Assembly (NCBI GenBank): GCA_963749495.1
Contig: CAVVMW010000024.1
Coordinates: forward strand, 192,001 to 256,000
DNA from: an uncultured bacterium
Lineage (GTDB): Bacteria; Verrucomicrobiota; Verrucomicrobiia; Limisphaerales; UBA8199
DNA length: 64,000 nt
Direction: 5' to 3'
Shown here: positions 1 to 8,802 of the stretch, one piece after another
Layout: every line of letters begins with the position of its first letter
How positions within the stretch are numbered: the stretch's first letter is position 1
Notes under the pieces: generated by a model
Seen by the model: the letters and a program-made list of their open reading frames with translations, nothing else
Told to the model about the DNA's origin: nothing
The model's database searches: none
Made by a program: the position numbers and the translations under genes

Positions 1-2
1 CG

Positions 3-1544
3 CTGGAGGGCGCCGCCTTTCGGTTGGGGGAACGGGTCGTGTTCGCAGGCACCAACTGGGTGTTCCGCCGGGGTGAGCACTGGGCGATTGCGGGGGTGAA
101 CGGCTCCGGCAAATCGCTGCTGGCCGATGCATTGCGGGGGCGGCTGCCGCTGGCGCGGGGGAGATTGCGCTATCACTTTCGGACCCCGCCCGGGCTGATG
201 CCTGAAGAGACTATCGGGCACGTCTCGTTCGAGGCCCGCAAAGGGGAGGTGCGCGAGGCGGTAGTGCAATCGCGCTGGAACAGCCTCGAGGAGGAAGGGG
301 CGCTGCGCGTGCGCGACTTCCTGGCCTACGACCGGGTGATGGAGGTGAACCCGTTCGAGGTCGACGCCACGGACCGGCACCGCAGGGCGCGCGCGCAATT
401 CGAGCTGCGCAGGAGCCGGGCCGTCCGGCAGTTGAGAGTCGAGCCGTTTCTGGAACGGACGCTCATTTCGCTCTCGAACGGCGAGCGGCAACGGGTCGAG
501 CTGGCGCGTGCGCTGTGTCATCCGCTCCGGTTGCTGATCCTGGACGAGCCCTTTGCGGGCCTGGACAAAGGGATGCGAGAGCATTTTGGCCGCCTGCTGG
601 AGGGGCTGATGCGCACGCCGCTGCGGGTCCTGTTGATCACGACACGAATCGCGGACCTGCCCCCGCCGGTGACGCATCTGCTGTGGGTCGAGCGGTGCCG
701 CGTGGCAGCGGCGGGGCCGCGAGCGCAAGTCCTTTCCATGAACGGACCCGGAGCCCGCAAGGTTTTGGACTGCGCGGGAAGCGACGAGGGTCGAGGGTCG
801 AGGGTCGAGGGTCGAGGGAAGAGAGCTGGCTCGCCCGCTCGCTCCTCGACCCTCGACCCTCGACCCTCGACCCTCGTCCCCGGCCGCGAGTTGGTGCGGA
901 TGCGCAACGTCACGGTCCGTTACGGCCGGAACACGATCCTGGAGGGGATCAATTGGACCGTGCGGGCGGGGGAGAGTTGGGCGCTGCCGGGGCCGAACGG
1001 GTCGGGCAAGACGACCTTGCTGAGCCTGATTCTGGGGGACAATCCCCAGGCCTATTCCAACGAGGTGACCGTCTTTGGCCGGCGGCGCGGGAGTGGGGAC
1101 TCGATCTGGGACCTCAAGCGGCGCATCGGGTCGGTTTCGCCGGAGCTGCACCTGCATTTCGACGGCGCCATGACGTGCTTCGAGGTCGTGGCCTCGGGCT
1201 TCCACGAGACGGTCGGCCTGTTCGAGGCACCGTCGGCGCGCCAGCGCGCCCTGGCGCGGCGGTGGCTGGCGCGGTTCGGGCTGAGCGAGTCGGCCGGCAG
1301 TCCCTTGCAGGCGCTCTCGGCGGGGCTGCAACGGATGGTCCTGCTGGCCCGGGCCCTGGTGAAGCGGCCGCAAATGGTGCTGCTCGATGAGCCATGCCAG
1401 GGATTGGACCCGGCCCATCGGGCGGTCTTTCTGAAGGCCGTCGAGGAGTTGGTCCGCGACGGGGCGGTGACGGCGATCTATGTGACGCATCGGGACGACG
1501 AGATCCCGCCTTCGATCCGGAAGGTCTTGCGCCTCGGTTCATAG
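3..1544 (+). CDS. ModF-like ABC ATPase with two nucleotide-binding domains (5' end probably outside window)
   Basis: Two Walker A (GVNGSGKS, GPNGSGKT), signature LSNGE/LSAGL, Walker B LILDEP/VLLDEP. Frame is open back to the window edge. Linker contains an in-frame palindromic heptamer insert (783-878). Confidence 0.85.
   Translation: MEGAAFRLGERVVFAGTNWVFRRGEHWAIAGVNGSGKSLLADALRGRLPLARGRLRYHFRTPPGLMPEETIGHVSFEARKGEVREAVVQSRWNSLEEEGALRVRDFLAYDRVMEVNPFEVDATDRHRRARAQFELRRSRAVRQLRVEPFLERTLISLSNGERQRVELARALCHPLRLLILDEPFAGLDKGMREHFGRLLEGLMRTPLRVLLITTRIADLPPPVTHLLWVERCRVAAAGPRAQVLSMNGPGARKVLDCAGSDEGRGSRVEGRGKRAGSPARSSTLDPRPSTLVPGRELVRMRNVTVRYGRNTILEGINWTVRAGESWALPGPNGSGKTTLLSLILGDNPQAYSNEVTVFGRRRGSGDSIWDLKRRIGSVSPELHLHFDGAMTCFEVVASGFHETVGLFEAPSARQRALARRWLARFGLSESAGSPLQALSAGLQRMVLLARALVKRPQMVLLDEPCQGLDPAHRAVFLKAVEELVRDGAVTAIYVTHRDDEIPPSIRKVLRLGS
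783..878. repeat. Perfect 35-bp inverted repeat built from GTCGAGG/CCTCGAC heptamers, 26-nt loop, inside the ABC gene
   Basis: 783-817 is the exact reverse complement of 844-878. Confidence 0.95.
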
Positions 1545-1549
1545 TGCCC

Positions 1550-1764
1550 GTCCTCGGGCTGAAAGCCCAAAATGTGAGAGCCTGGGCTGGAGCGAGCTTG
1601 CGAGCGGAAGCCCAGGTCATCGGGCCATAATCTGGCGCGCCCTGTAGGGGCGCCACAAGGTCCCGGCCCTTCAGGCCGGGGCGTTTCGAGGGGCGCTGGC
1701 TTACCCGGGCCTTCGCTCCGCTCCAGCCCGGGCTATCACATGACGGGCCTTCGGCCCTGGGCTC
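1550..1764. repeat. Palindromic REP/MITE-like element (family GTCCTCGGGCTGAAAGCCC...)
   Basis: Internal hairpins; near-identical 5' ~100 nt recurs at 36581-36680. Confidence 0.8.
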
Positions 1765-1792
1765 AGTGATTCTCGACACCCGCCTCCCGCCG

Positions 1793-1849
1793 CTCGACAC
1801 TCGACACTCGACACTCGACACTCGACACTCGACACTCGACACTCGACAC
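1793..1849. repeat. Tandem heptamer (CTCGACA)n
   Basis: About 8 direct copies; same unit at 11677-11701 and 38146-38168. Confidence 0.95.
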
Positions 1850-1865
1850 AGGACACTCGCACGCA

Positions 1866-3740
1866 ATGAAAGCGATGCTTTTAGTCCTGGCTGTTTGCGC
1901 GGTGGCAGGCGCGGGTTTTTCGGCCCAGGCAGGCGCAGGCGGGTCTGGGCGGGACATTCCCCAGCCGCTGGGTTCGCACCCGGGCAACATCTTTGTTGCC
2001 GGCGAGCCGGTGGTCGTGGCGGCGCCGCCCGGGGAGGGTGCGAGTTGGCAGGTGACGGATTATGAAGGGAGGCTTGTGGGCGAAGGGAGCTTGAAGGACG
2101 GGCGGGCGGAGTTGGGGCCGTTGCCAGTGGGCTATTACGAGGTGGCGCGCGGGGCGGGGCGGGTGTCGGTGGGAGTGCTGGCGGGGTTGCGGGCGCCGAC
2201 GCCGCCCAGTTCGCCCATCGGGGCGGATGTGGCGATGGCCTGGCTGGTTCCAAAGGAGCAGATGGAGAGCAGCGCGAGCCTGTGCGCGCTGGCGGGGCTG
2301 AACCGGGTGCGCGACCGGCTGAACTGGGAAGAGATCGAGCCGAAGCGGGGGGAGTTTGCGGCAACCACGCGCTACGACTTTCCGGTCCGCGCCCAGGCCG
2401 CCGCCGGGTTGCAGGTGCTGGAGGTCAACCACATGTCGCCGCGTTGGGCCAATCCGAATCCCAAACGGTTCCCCCTGGATTTGCGGGATGCCTATGCCGT
2501 CGAGCGAGCCCTGGCGCGCCGCTGGGGGGCGGAGGTGGGTGCGTTCGAGCCGTGGAACGAGGCGGACATCAAGGAATTTGGCGGGCACACCGGGAGCGAG
2601 ATGGCCTCGCTGCAAAAGGCCGCCTGGCTGGGGCTCAAGGCGGGCAACCCGGCGGTGACGGCGTGCATGAACGTGTTCGCCGTGCACCGTCAGGCCACGC
2701 TCGAAGACCTGCGCGACAACCAGGCCTGGCCCTACTTCGACACCTTCAACCTGCACCATTACGAGCCGTTCGCGGGCTACCCCCGGCTTTATGCGGACTT
2801 TCGCGCCGTCTGCGCCGGCCGCCCGCTCTGGGTGACAGAGTGCAGCCTGCCCGTGAAATGGCGGGGCGATGAGCGGCTGCAGGAGCCTTCGGCCGAAGAT
2901 TTGCGCACCCAAAGCGAGCGTGTTCCCATCACCTTCGCCCTGGCCATTCACGAAGGCGCGCAGGCGGTCTTCTATTTCATCCTCCCCCATTTTGTCGAGG
3001 GCCAAACGCAATTCGGCGTGCTGCGCAAGGACCTGACGCCGCGGCCGGCGTTCCTGGCACTGGCGGCCACGGGACGTTTGCTGGCGGATGCCCGGCCGAT
3101 GGGGCGAATGGAGGGAGTCGAGCCCGGGGTGCGCGCCTACCTGTTCAAGGCCAAACCCGACGGACGCCCGGGCACCGTCCTCGTGGCCTGGTCCGAAGGG
3201 GAACGGTCCCTGGACCTGCCACGCCCGCCGCTGGCCCTCTTTGATCACCTGGGCCGCGCGGCGCCGGTGACAGGCCCCAGGCTCAAGCTCGGCCCGGCGC
3301 CCCGATTGGCCATCCTGCCGGACGACGCCGGCTTGCAGTTGGCGCCGCCGCCGGCGCTGCCCGCGCCCGCGCCAGGCCCGACCTCGCCCTCGCCCGTGGT
3401 GCTCCAGGCCGTTCTCCCGGAGGGCAGCGTCGTGCTGGCGGATTCGGCCTACAAACTCCCGGCGGGCCAACCCGTGGACATCCCGCTCTTTGCCTACAAC
3501 TTCAGCGACAAACCGGCGCGTGGCCGGCTGCGGGTGACGCCGCCGGAATCGTGGCAGGCAGAGTTTCCCCAAGAGACTGAGATTGCGCCCGGCCAACGCA
3601 AGGAATTACGGCTGCGCGTGCGCGCCGCCCCGGGCCCGAGAATTGCACAGGTGCGGATAGCGGGCGACTTCGGCCCGGCGGGAGAAGCGGTGCTTTCCGT
3701 TCGGCTCGTGAACCCGGAAAGCGGGGAGAAGGGGCAATGA
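1866..3740 (+). CDS. Secreted clan GH-A glycoside hydrolase (GH5/GH39-like) with C-terminal Ig-like domain
   Basis: Signal peptide MKAMLLVLAVCAVAGA; acid/base motif EPWNEAD and nucleophile motif PLWVTE. Confidence 0.7.
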   Translation: MKAMLLVLAVCAVAGAGFSAQAGAGGSGRDIPQPLGSHPGNIFVAGEPVVVAAPPGEGASWQVTDYEGRLVGEGSLKDGRAELGPLPVGYYEVARGAGRVSVGVLAGLRAPTPPSSPIGADVAMAWLVPKEQMESSASLCALAGLNRVRDRLNWEEIEPKRGEFAATTRYDFPVRAQAAAGLQVLEVNHMSPRWANPNPKRFPLDLRDAYAVERALARRWGAEVGAFEPWNEADIKEFGGHTGSEMASLQKAAWLGLKAGNPAVTACMNVFAVHRQATLEDLRDNQAWPYFDTFNLHHYEPFAGYPRLYADFRAVCAGRPLWVTECSLPVKWRGDERLQEPSAEDLRTQSERVPITFALAIHEGAQAVFYFILPHFVEGQTQFGVLRKDLTPRPAFLALAATGRLLADARPMGRMEGVEPGVRAYLFKAKPDGRPGTVLVAWSEGERSLDLPRPPLALFDHLGRAAPVTGPRLKLGPAPRLAILPDDAGLQLAPPPALPAPAPGPTSPSPVVLQAVLPEGSVVLADSAYKLPAGQPVDIPLFAYNFSDKPARGRLRVTPPESWQAEFPQETEIAPGQRKELRLRVRAAPGPRIAQVRIAGDFGPAGEAVLSVRLVNPESGEKGQ

Positions 3741-3793
3741 CGAATGACGAATGACGAATGACGAAATCAAGAAACGTGAAACGTGAAACGTGA
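3737..3793. repeat. Tandem heptamers (ATGACGA)n and (ACGTGAA)n between convergent genes
   Basis: Visible direct repeats. Confidence 0.85.
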
Positions 3794-3826
3794 GGCGTGA
3801 AAGGGACGGGTTCCGGATTTCGGAAG

Positions 3827-4777
3827 TCAGGATGGGAGCTGGCGCAGTGCGCTCAGGGCATCCAGGAAGTCCGCCGGGAGCGGGGCCTCCAGGCTCATGC
3901 GCCGGCCGGTCCGGGGATGGATGAAGGAGAGCTGGTAGGCATGGAGCATCTGGCGGGGGGCGACGTAGCGCGTGAGGTCGGCCAGGCGCTGGTTTTGGCG
4001 GTTGCCGTACGTGGCATCGCCCACCAACGGGAAGCCGAGAAACTGGAAATGCACGCGGATCTGGTGGGTCCGGCCGGTGTGCAGGGTCGCTTGGACCAGC
4101 GTGGCGCCGCGCAGCCGTTCGAGCACCTGGTAGCTGGTGCGGGCCTCGCGTCCGAATTCATCATCCACCGCCATGCGCTTGCGATGGGTGGGGTGCCGGC
4201 CAATGGCGGCGCGGATCTCGCCCTGCTCGCGCTGCAACTCACCGCAGAGAATCGCCCGGTAGAACTTCTCGACCTTCCGGCTGGCGAACTGGGAGGCCAG
4301 GGCCAGGTGCACCGCGTCGGTCTTGGCGACGACCAGGCAGCCGCTGGTCTGCTGGTCCAACCGGTGGACGATGCCGGGCCGGGCAACGCCGCCGATGCCG
4401 CTCAACTGGCCGGCGCAATGGTGCAGCAGGGCGTTGACCAGCGTGTGCTCCTGGTGTCCCGCGGCCGGATGAACGACCAGGCCCGGGGGCTTGTTGAGCA
4501 CCACCAGCGCCTCGTCTTCGTAGAGGATGTCCAGCGCCATCTGCTCCGGCTGCGCCTGCGCCGGGCGCGCCTCCGGCCAATGCACCTCCACCTGCTCCCC
4601 GGCCCGCGGCGAGTGCGTGGGCTTGACGGTGCGGCCGTTGACGCGGATGTGGCCTTCTTCGATGAGCCGCTGGAGGGCGCCGCGCGACACGGCGGGAAAG
4701 CGGCTGCGCAGGTAGGTGTCCAGCCGCTGCGCCGGAAGCGATTTCTCGATAACCAGAATTTCCGTGCGGGAGGACAT
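3827..4777 (-). CDS. rluD: RluA/RluD family 23S rRNA pseudouridine synthase
   Basis: N-terminal S4 domain (QRLDTYL), LNKPPGLVVHP, GIVHRLDQQTSG, TGRTHQIRVH. Confidence 0.9.
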   Translation of the reverse strand: MSSRTEILVIEKSLPAQRLDTYLRSRFPAVSRGALQRLIEEGHIRVNGRTVKPTHSPRAGEQVEVHWPEARPAQAQPEQMALDILYEDEALVVLNKPPGLVVHPAAGHQEHTLVNALLHHCAGQLSGIGGVARPGIVHRLDQQTSGCLVVAKTDAVHLALASQFASRKVEKFYRAILCGELQREQGEIRAAIGRHPTHRKRMAVDDEFGREARTSYQVLERLRGATLVQATLHTGRTHQIRVHFQFLGFPLVGDATYGNRQNQRLADLTRYVAPRQMLHAYQLSFIHPRTGRRMSLEAPLPADFLDALSALRQLPS

Positions 4778-4840
4778 CCGGGAGGCCTAGTTGGCGGTTA
4801 GGAGGTTGAATAACGCTTGTCCTGCAGACCGCGATTCCGA

Positions 4841-4938
4841 GCCTTTGTCGGGGCCTTTGTCGAAACACGCCCGATCCGGCGGCGGGTGCGACAAATGCCG
4901 CGACAAAGGCTGCGACAAAGGCTGCGACAAAGGCTGCC
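4841..4938. repeat. 12-mer (CGACAAAGGCTG)n with inverted GCCTTTGTCG arms
   Basis: Same family at 6680-6774. Confidence 0.85.
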
Positions 4939-4992
4939 ACGGAGAATTCATTGGGGCGCAACCGACGCCGTCGCATTGATGTTCATGACCAC

Positions 4993-5538
4993 TTAGCTGG
5001 AATTCGGGCCGGCCCCCTGCCCCGGGCCACTCGCTCCGCGCTCGCTCCTCCAGGTGACCAGGAATATCAACCCTACCCCCGTGCAGATCGCGCTGTCGGC
5101 CACGTTGAACGCAGGAAAGCCGATCTCGCCGCCGCCCCGCTGCCGCAGGTAAAAATAGATGAAATCGATCACGTGCTGGACGCGGAGCCGGTCGAGGAGG
5201 TTGCCCAGGATCCCGCCGAAGATCAAGCCGAAGGCAACCTGGCCCAGGAGGGTGTGGGCGTCAAAATGGTGGCGGCTCAGAAACAGGAGGACCAGGGCCA
5301 CGACGGCCACCAGGGCCAGGAGGCCGTTGCGGCCCCGGAACAGGCTCCAGGCCGCCCCCGTGTTGCCCCAATAAACGAAACGAAAAAATCCCTCAATAAT
5401 GACCTTGTCCTCGCCCACGCTCAGGAACTGCCGCACCAGGTGCTTGGTCAGTTGGTCCACCGCCAGCACCGCCAGGGCAATCCAGGCTATCCGGCGTTTC
5501 GACGCGCCCGGGATCACGTTCAACGGCCTTATTTCCAT
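4993..5538 (-). CDS. lspA: Lipoprotein signal peptidase II
   Basis: [26 protein letters not shown] motifs. Confidence 0.95.
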   Translation of the reverse strand: MEIRPLNVIPGASKRRIAWIALAVLAVDQLTKHLVRQFLSVGEDKVIIEGFFRFVYWGNTGAAWSLFRGRNGLLALVAVVALVLLFLSRHHFDAHTLLGQVAFGLIFGGILGNLLDRLRVQHVIDFIYFYLRQRGGGEIGFPAFNVADSAICTGVGLIFLVTWRSERGASGPGQGAGPNSS

Positions 5539-5622
5539 GCCTTAATGGTCATGACCACTCGTGCTCATTTACTCGAGGCCATCACAAAAAACAATTTAAT
5601 TTTGCCCCGGGAAAAAACTCCA

Positions 5623-5650
5623 TTGACTTGGCGGATTTGTTTGGTAATCT
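5623..5650 (+). promoter_or_regulatory. Putative sigma70 promoter of rplM-rpsI
   Basis: TTGACT-16 nt-TAATCT with extended TG, preceded by AT-rich tract. Confidence 0.6.
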
Positions 5651-5682
5651 CACCCTTCCTTTGATCAGGATCAGGATTAGAG

Positions 5683-6117
5683 ATGAAAACGCATTTGCCG
5701 AAAATCAACCTCGACGAACGGAAGTGGCATGTGATTGATGCCGATGGCGCGGTGCTGGGCCGCTTGGCGGTGCAGGTGGCCGATATTCTCCGGGGCAGGA
5801 ACAAGCCGGTTTATACCCCGCACCTGGACGCCGGGGATTTTGTCGTGATCATCAATGCCGAGAAGGTCAAGGTGACCGGCAAGAAGGAGACCAACAAGAA
5901 GTTCATGACCTACTCGGGGTGGAAAGGCGGGGAAAAATTCACCTCGGTGGCCCAGATTCGGGCCCGCCACCCGGAGAAGCTGATTATGCACGCGGTGCGC
6001 GGCATGGTTCCCAAAAACCGGCTCGGGCGGGTGCTCATGACCAAGCTCAAGGTGTACAAGGGCAGCAAGCACCCGCACGCGGCGCAGAAACCCGAGCCCC
6101 TGGCCCCAGCCAGGTGA
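5683..6117 (+). CDS. rplM: 50S ribosomal protein L13
   Basis: WHVIDADGAVLGRLA, YTPHLDAGDFVVIINAEKV, AVRGMVPKNRLGR. Confidence 0.98.
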   Translation: MKTHLPKINLDERKWHVIDADGAVLGRLAVQVADILRGRNKPVYTPHLDAGDFVVIINAEKVKVTGKKETNKKFMTYSGWKGGEKFTSVAQIRARHPEKLIMHAVRGMVPKNRLGRVLMTKLKVYKGSKHPHAAQKPEPLAPAR

Positions 6118-6198
6118 CGTGAAGTGAAGCGACCTCCAGCTCTGGCTCCCAATCCCGAATTCGCACTCAACTTTCAACTCCTAGCCTAACGTAGCGGT

Positions 6199-6615
6199 AT
6201 GGCCGACATCAAAATTCCCGAAGTCAAAATCCCTCAACACCTCGGCACCGGCCGGCGCAAGTCCGCTGTGGCGCGTGTGCGCCTGAGCAGCGGTTCCGGC
6301 AAGATCCTGATCAACGGCCCGCCGTTCGAGAATTATTTCCCGATCGAATCCCTGCGCGTGGTGGCCAGCCAGGCCTTGACCGCCACCGGCACCATCGAGA
6401 AGTACGACGCCCAGATCACCGTCAGCGGCGGCGGACCCACCGGCCAGGCCGGCGCTGTCCGCCACGGCCTGGCCCGCGCCCTCTTGACGGTGGACGCCAA
6501 CCTGCGGCCCGTTCTCAAGGCCGAGGGCCTGCTGACCCGCGACCCGCGCATGAAAGAGCGCAAGAAATACGGCCAGCCCGGCGCCCGCCGCCGCTTCCAA
6601 TACAGCAAACGGTAG
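6199..6615 (+). CDS. rpsI: 30S ribosomal protein S9
   Basis: [45 protein letters not shown]. Confidence 0.98.
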   Translation: MADIKIPEVKIPQHLGTGRRKSAVARVRLSSGSGKILINGPPFENYFPIESLRVVASQALTATGTIEKYDAQITVSGGGPTGQAGAVRHGLARALLTVDANLRPVLKAEGLLTRDPRMKERKKYGQPGARRRFQYSKR

Positions 6616-6679
6616 GGCCTCGGGCTCCCGGTTCAACTGAGCTCCGCAGGTCCCGCCGATCGGCCCGGCGACATGGTAA

Positions 6680-6774
6680 CTTTGTCGCGGCCTTTGTCGC
6701 GGCCTTTGTCGCAACCTTCGTGGGAAAAAGACGGCCAATCCGACAAAGGGTGCGAGAAAGGCTGCGACAAAGGT
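6680..6774. repeat. Palindromic 12-mer repeat (CCTTTGTCGCGG / CGACAAAGG)
   Basis: Second copy of the 4841-4938 family. Confidence 0.8.
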
Positions 6775-6852
6775 CCGCAAAGCGACGGCATCAATTGCGC
6801 TCCGTTCTGCCGCTTGATACGCTTGTCCCATGCTAATTGAGATTGAGAGCCT

Positions 6853-7913
6853 ATGAACCCCCAGCCCATTGGCGTTGTCGGGGCTTCGGGCTACTCGGGC
6901 GAGGAGTTGGTGCGGCTGCTGCTCTCGCATCCGTGCGCCGAACTGGCCGCCGTGACCTCGCGCCAGTATGCCGGCCAAACGGTGGCCCAGGTCTTTCCCA
7001 AGTTCGCCCATCATCAGCGCGCGCGGCGCTCCGGTTCAGCGAACCCAAGGCGGAGTTGCTGGCCAAAGAGGCCCAAGTCATTTTTCTGGCCTTGCCCCAC
7101 GGGGTGGCGGCGGAGTTCGCCGTGCCCCTGCTGCAACGGGGCTGCCGGGTCATTGACCTGAGCGCCGATTTCCGGCTCAGGAACGCGGCCGTGTATGAAG
7201 ACTTCTACGCGCACACCCACCCGGCGCCCGAGTTGCTGGCCCGGGCCGTCTATGGGCTGCCGGAAATTTACCGCGCGCAAATCAAGTCCGCCTCGCTCAT
7301 CGCCTCGCCCGGCTGCTACCCGACCAGCATTCTCCTGCCGGTCATTCCCTTGCTCCGGGCGGGCCTGGTCAAGCCCGGCAGCATCATCGCCGACTCGCTC
7401 AGCGGCGTCACCGGCGCCGGCCGCAAGCCGGAACCGGACTACTTGTTTGCCGAGTGCAACGAAAGCGCGCGCCCTTACGGGCTGCCCAGGCACCGCCATC
7501 TCTCCGAAATCGAGCAGGAACTCTCGATTGCGGCGGGCGTCCCGGTGGTGCTCCAGTTCACCCCGCACCTGATCCCGGTCAATCGCGGCATTCTCACGAC
7601 CATCTACCTGGCGCCGACGGCCCGGTTTAGCGGCCCCGAGGAGGTGGCGCAATTCGGTGAGAAGGTGGGCGCCTGCTACCAGGCTGCGTATGGCGAGGAG
7701 CCTTTCGTGCGCGTGCTCCAGGGCAAGGCCCTGCCCGACACCAAGAACGTCGTCGGGACCAACGTGCTCGAACTGGCCTGGCGCCTGGACCCCCGCACCG
7801 GCCGGCTCATCGTCATGAGCGCCGAGGACAACCTGGTCAAAGGCGCCAGCGGCCAGGCCGTGCAAAGCCTGAACCTGGTCTGCGGTTTTCCGGAGACGGC
7901 GGGGCTGATGTAA
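6853..7913 (+). CDS. argC: N-acetyl-gamma-glutamyl-phosphate reductase, split by a frameshift near 7020-7030
   Basis: GASGYSGEEL in one frame; FLALPHG, IDLSADFR, PGCYPT, DNLVKGASGQAVQ in another; shift falls in a GC run. Confidence 0.92.
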
Positions 7914-8020
7914 GGGGGCGGCGGCAGGCCAGGCGTAGTGAAAAAGTGGAATGCAGCCCGAGCCGGAGAGACTCGCAGCGCGTTGTTGCCCGCGGCAGTG
8001 CTGCGAGGTAAAATGTGGTT

Positions 8021-8302
8021 ATGAGCATCGTGATTGGTGACGCTTTTGCTGAAGTGTGGGAACGCACGATCAAGCCCGGTCAGGCTGGCCTGCCACCGGA
8101 CGCGGCCAAGTATTTTCTTGATCTCCAATTTGCCGAGAACGATCGCGCACGGATGAATGAACTCGCCGCCCATGCCCGCGCCGGCAGCCTCGCTCCGGAA
8201 GAGGAGAGCGAGTTGGCGAACTACATGCAACTCGGGTGGTTCATCGACTTGCTCAAATCCAAAGCCCGGCTCTCACTTGGCATCCCTGCTAACGCCGCGT
8301 GA
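8021..8302 (+). CDS. Small helical protein, putative antitoxin/partner of downstream HNH nuclease
   Basis: 93 aa, stop overlaps HNH start (GTGA); TAAAAT box 6 nt upstream. Confidence 0.65.
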   Translation: MSIVIGDAFAEVWERTIKPGQAGLPPDAAKYFLDLQFAENDRARMNELAAHARAGSLAPEEESELANYMQLGWFIDLLKSKARLSLGIPANAA

Positions 8303-8706
8303 AGATGGATGCCGCGCTGGAGGAGTTGGTCCGCAGCCGCGCTGGGTTCCGTTGCGAGTATTGCCTTCTGCCGGAATCACTGGCGAGCACGCCGTTTCAA
8401 TTTGACCACATTATCGCACAATCACACGGCGGCCAGACCACCGCCGACAATCTTGCGTTCGCCTGTTTCCACTGCAATAACTTCAAAGGCCCGAACCTCG
8501 CCGGAGTTGACCCGCAGACCTGCCGAGTCATCCGGCTCTTCCACCCGCGCCGCGACCTCCGACGAGACCACTTCCGTTGGGACGGCGAGACCCTGATCGG
8601 GGTAACCGCAGTCGGGCGCGCGACCATCGCCACATTGCGGTTGAACCACTCGCTTCGCGTCGCCATCCGCCGCTCCCTGCTGCGCGAAGGGGTCCACTTC
8701 GCATGA
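8299..8706 (+). CDS. HNH endonuclease
   Basis: CEYC...DHIIAQSHGG...NLAFACFHCNNFKG. Confidence 0.9.
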   Translation: MKMDAALEELVRSRAGFRCEYCLLPESLASTPFQFDHIIAQSHGGQTTADNLAFACFHCNNFKGPNLAGVDPQTCRVIRLFHPRRDLRRDHFRWDGETLIGVTAVGRATIATLRLNHSLRVAIRRSLLREGVHFA

Positions 8707-8802
8707 ACCTGAGCGAAATGAGGACGAGCAGCACGCCCACGGCATGAGTTGCGCCCAACCCGCTCTTGACCCGAGCCATCATTTCTCAGCAGACTGCGGC
8801 TC

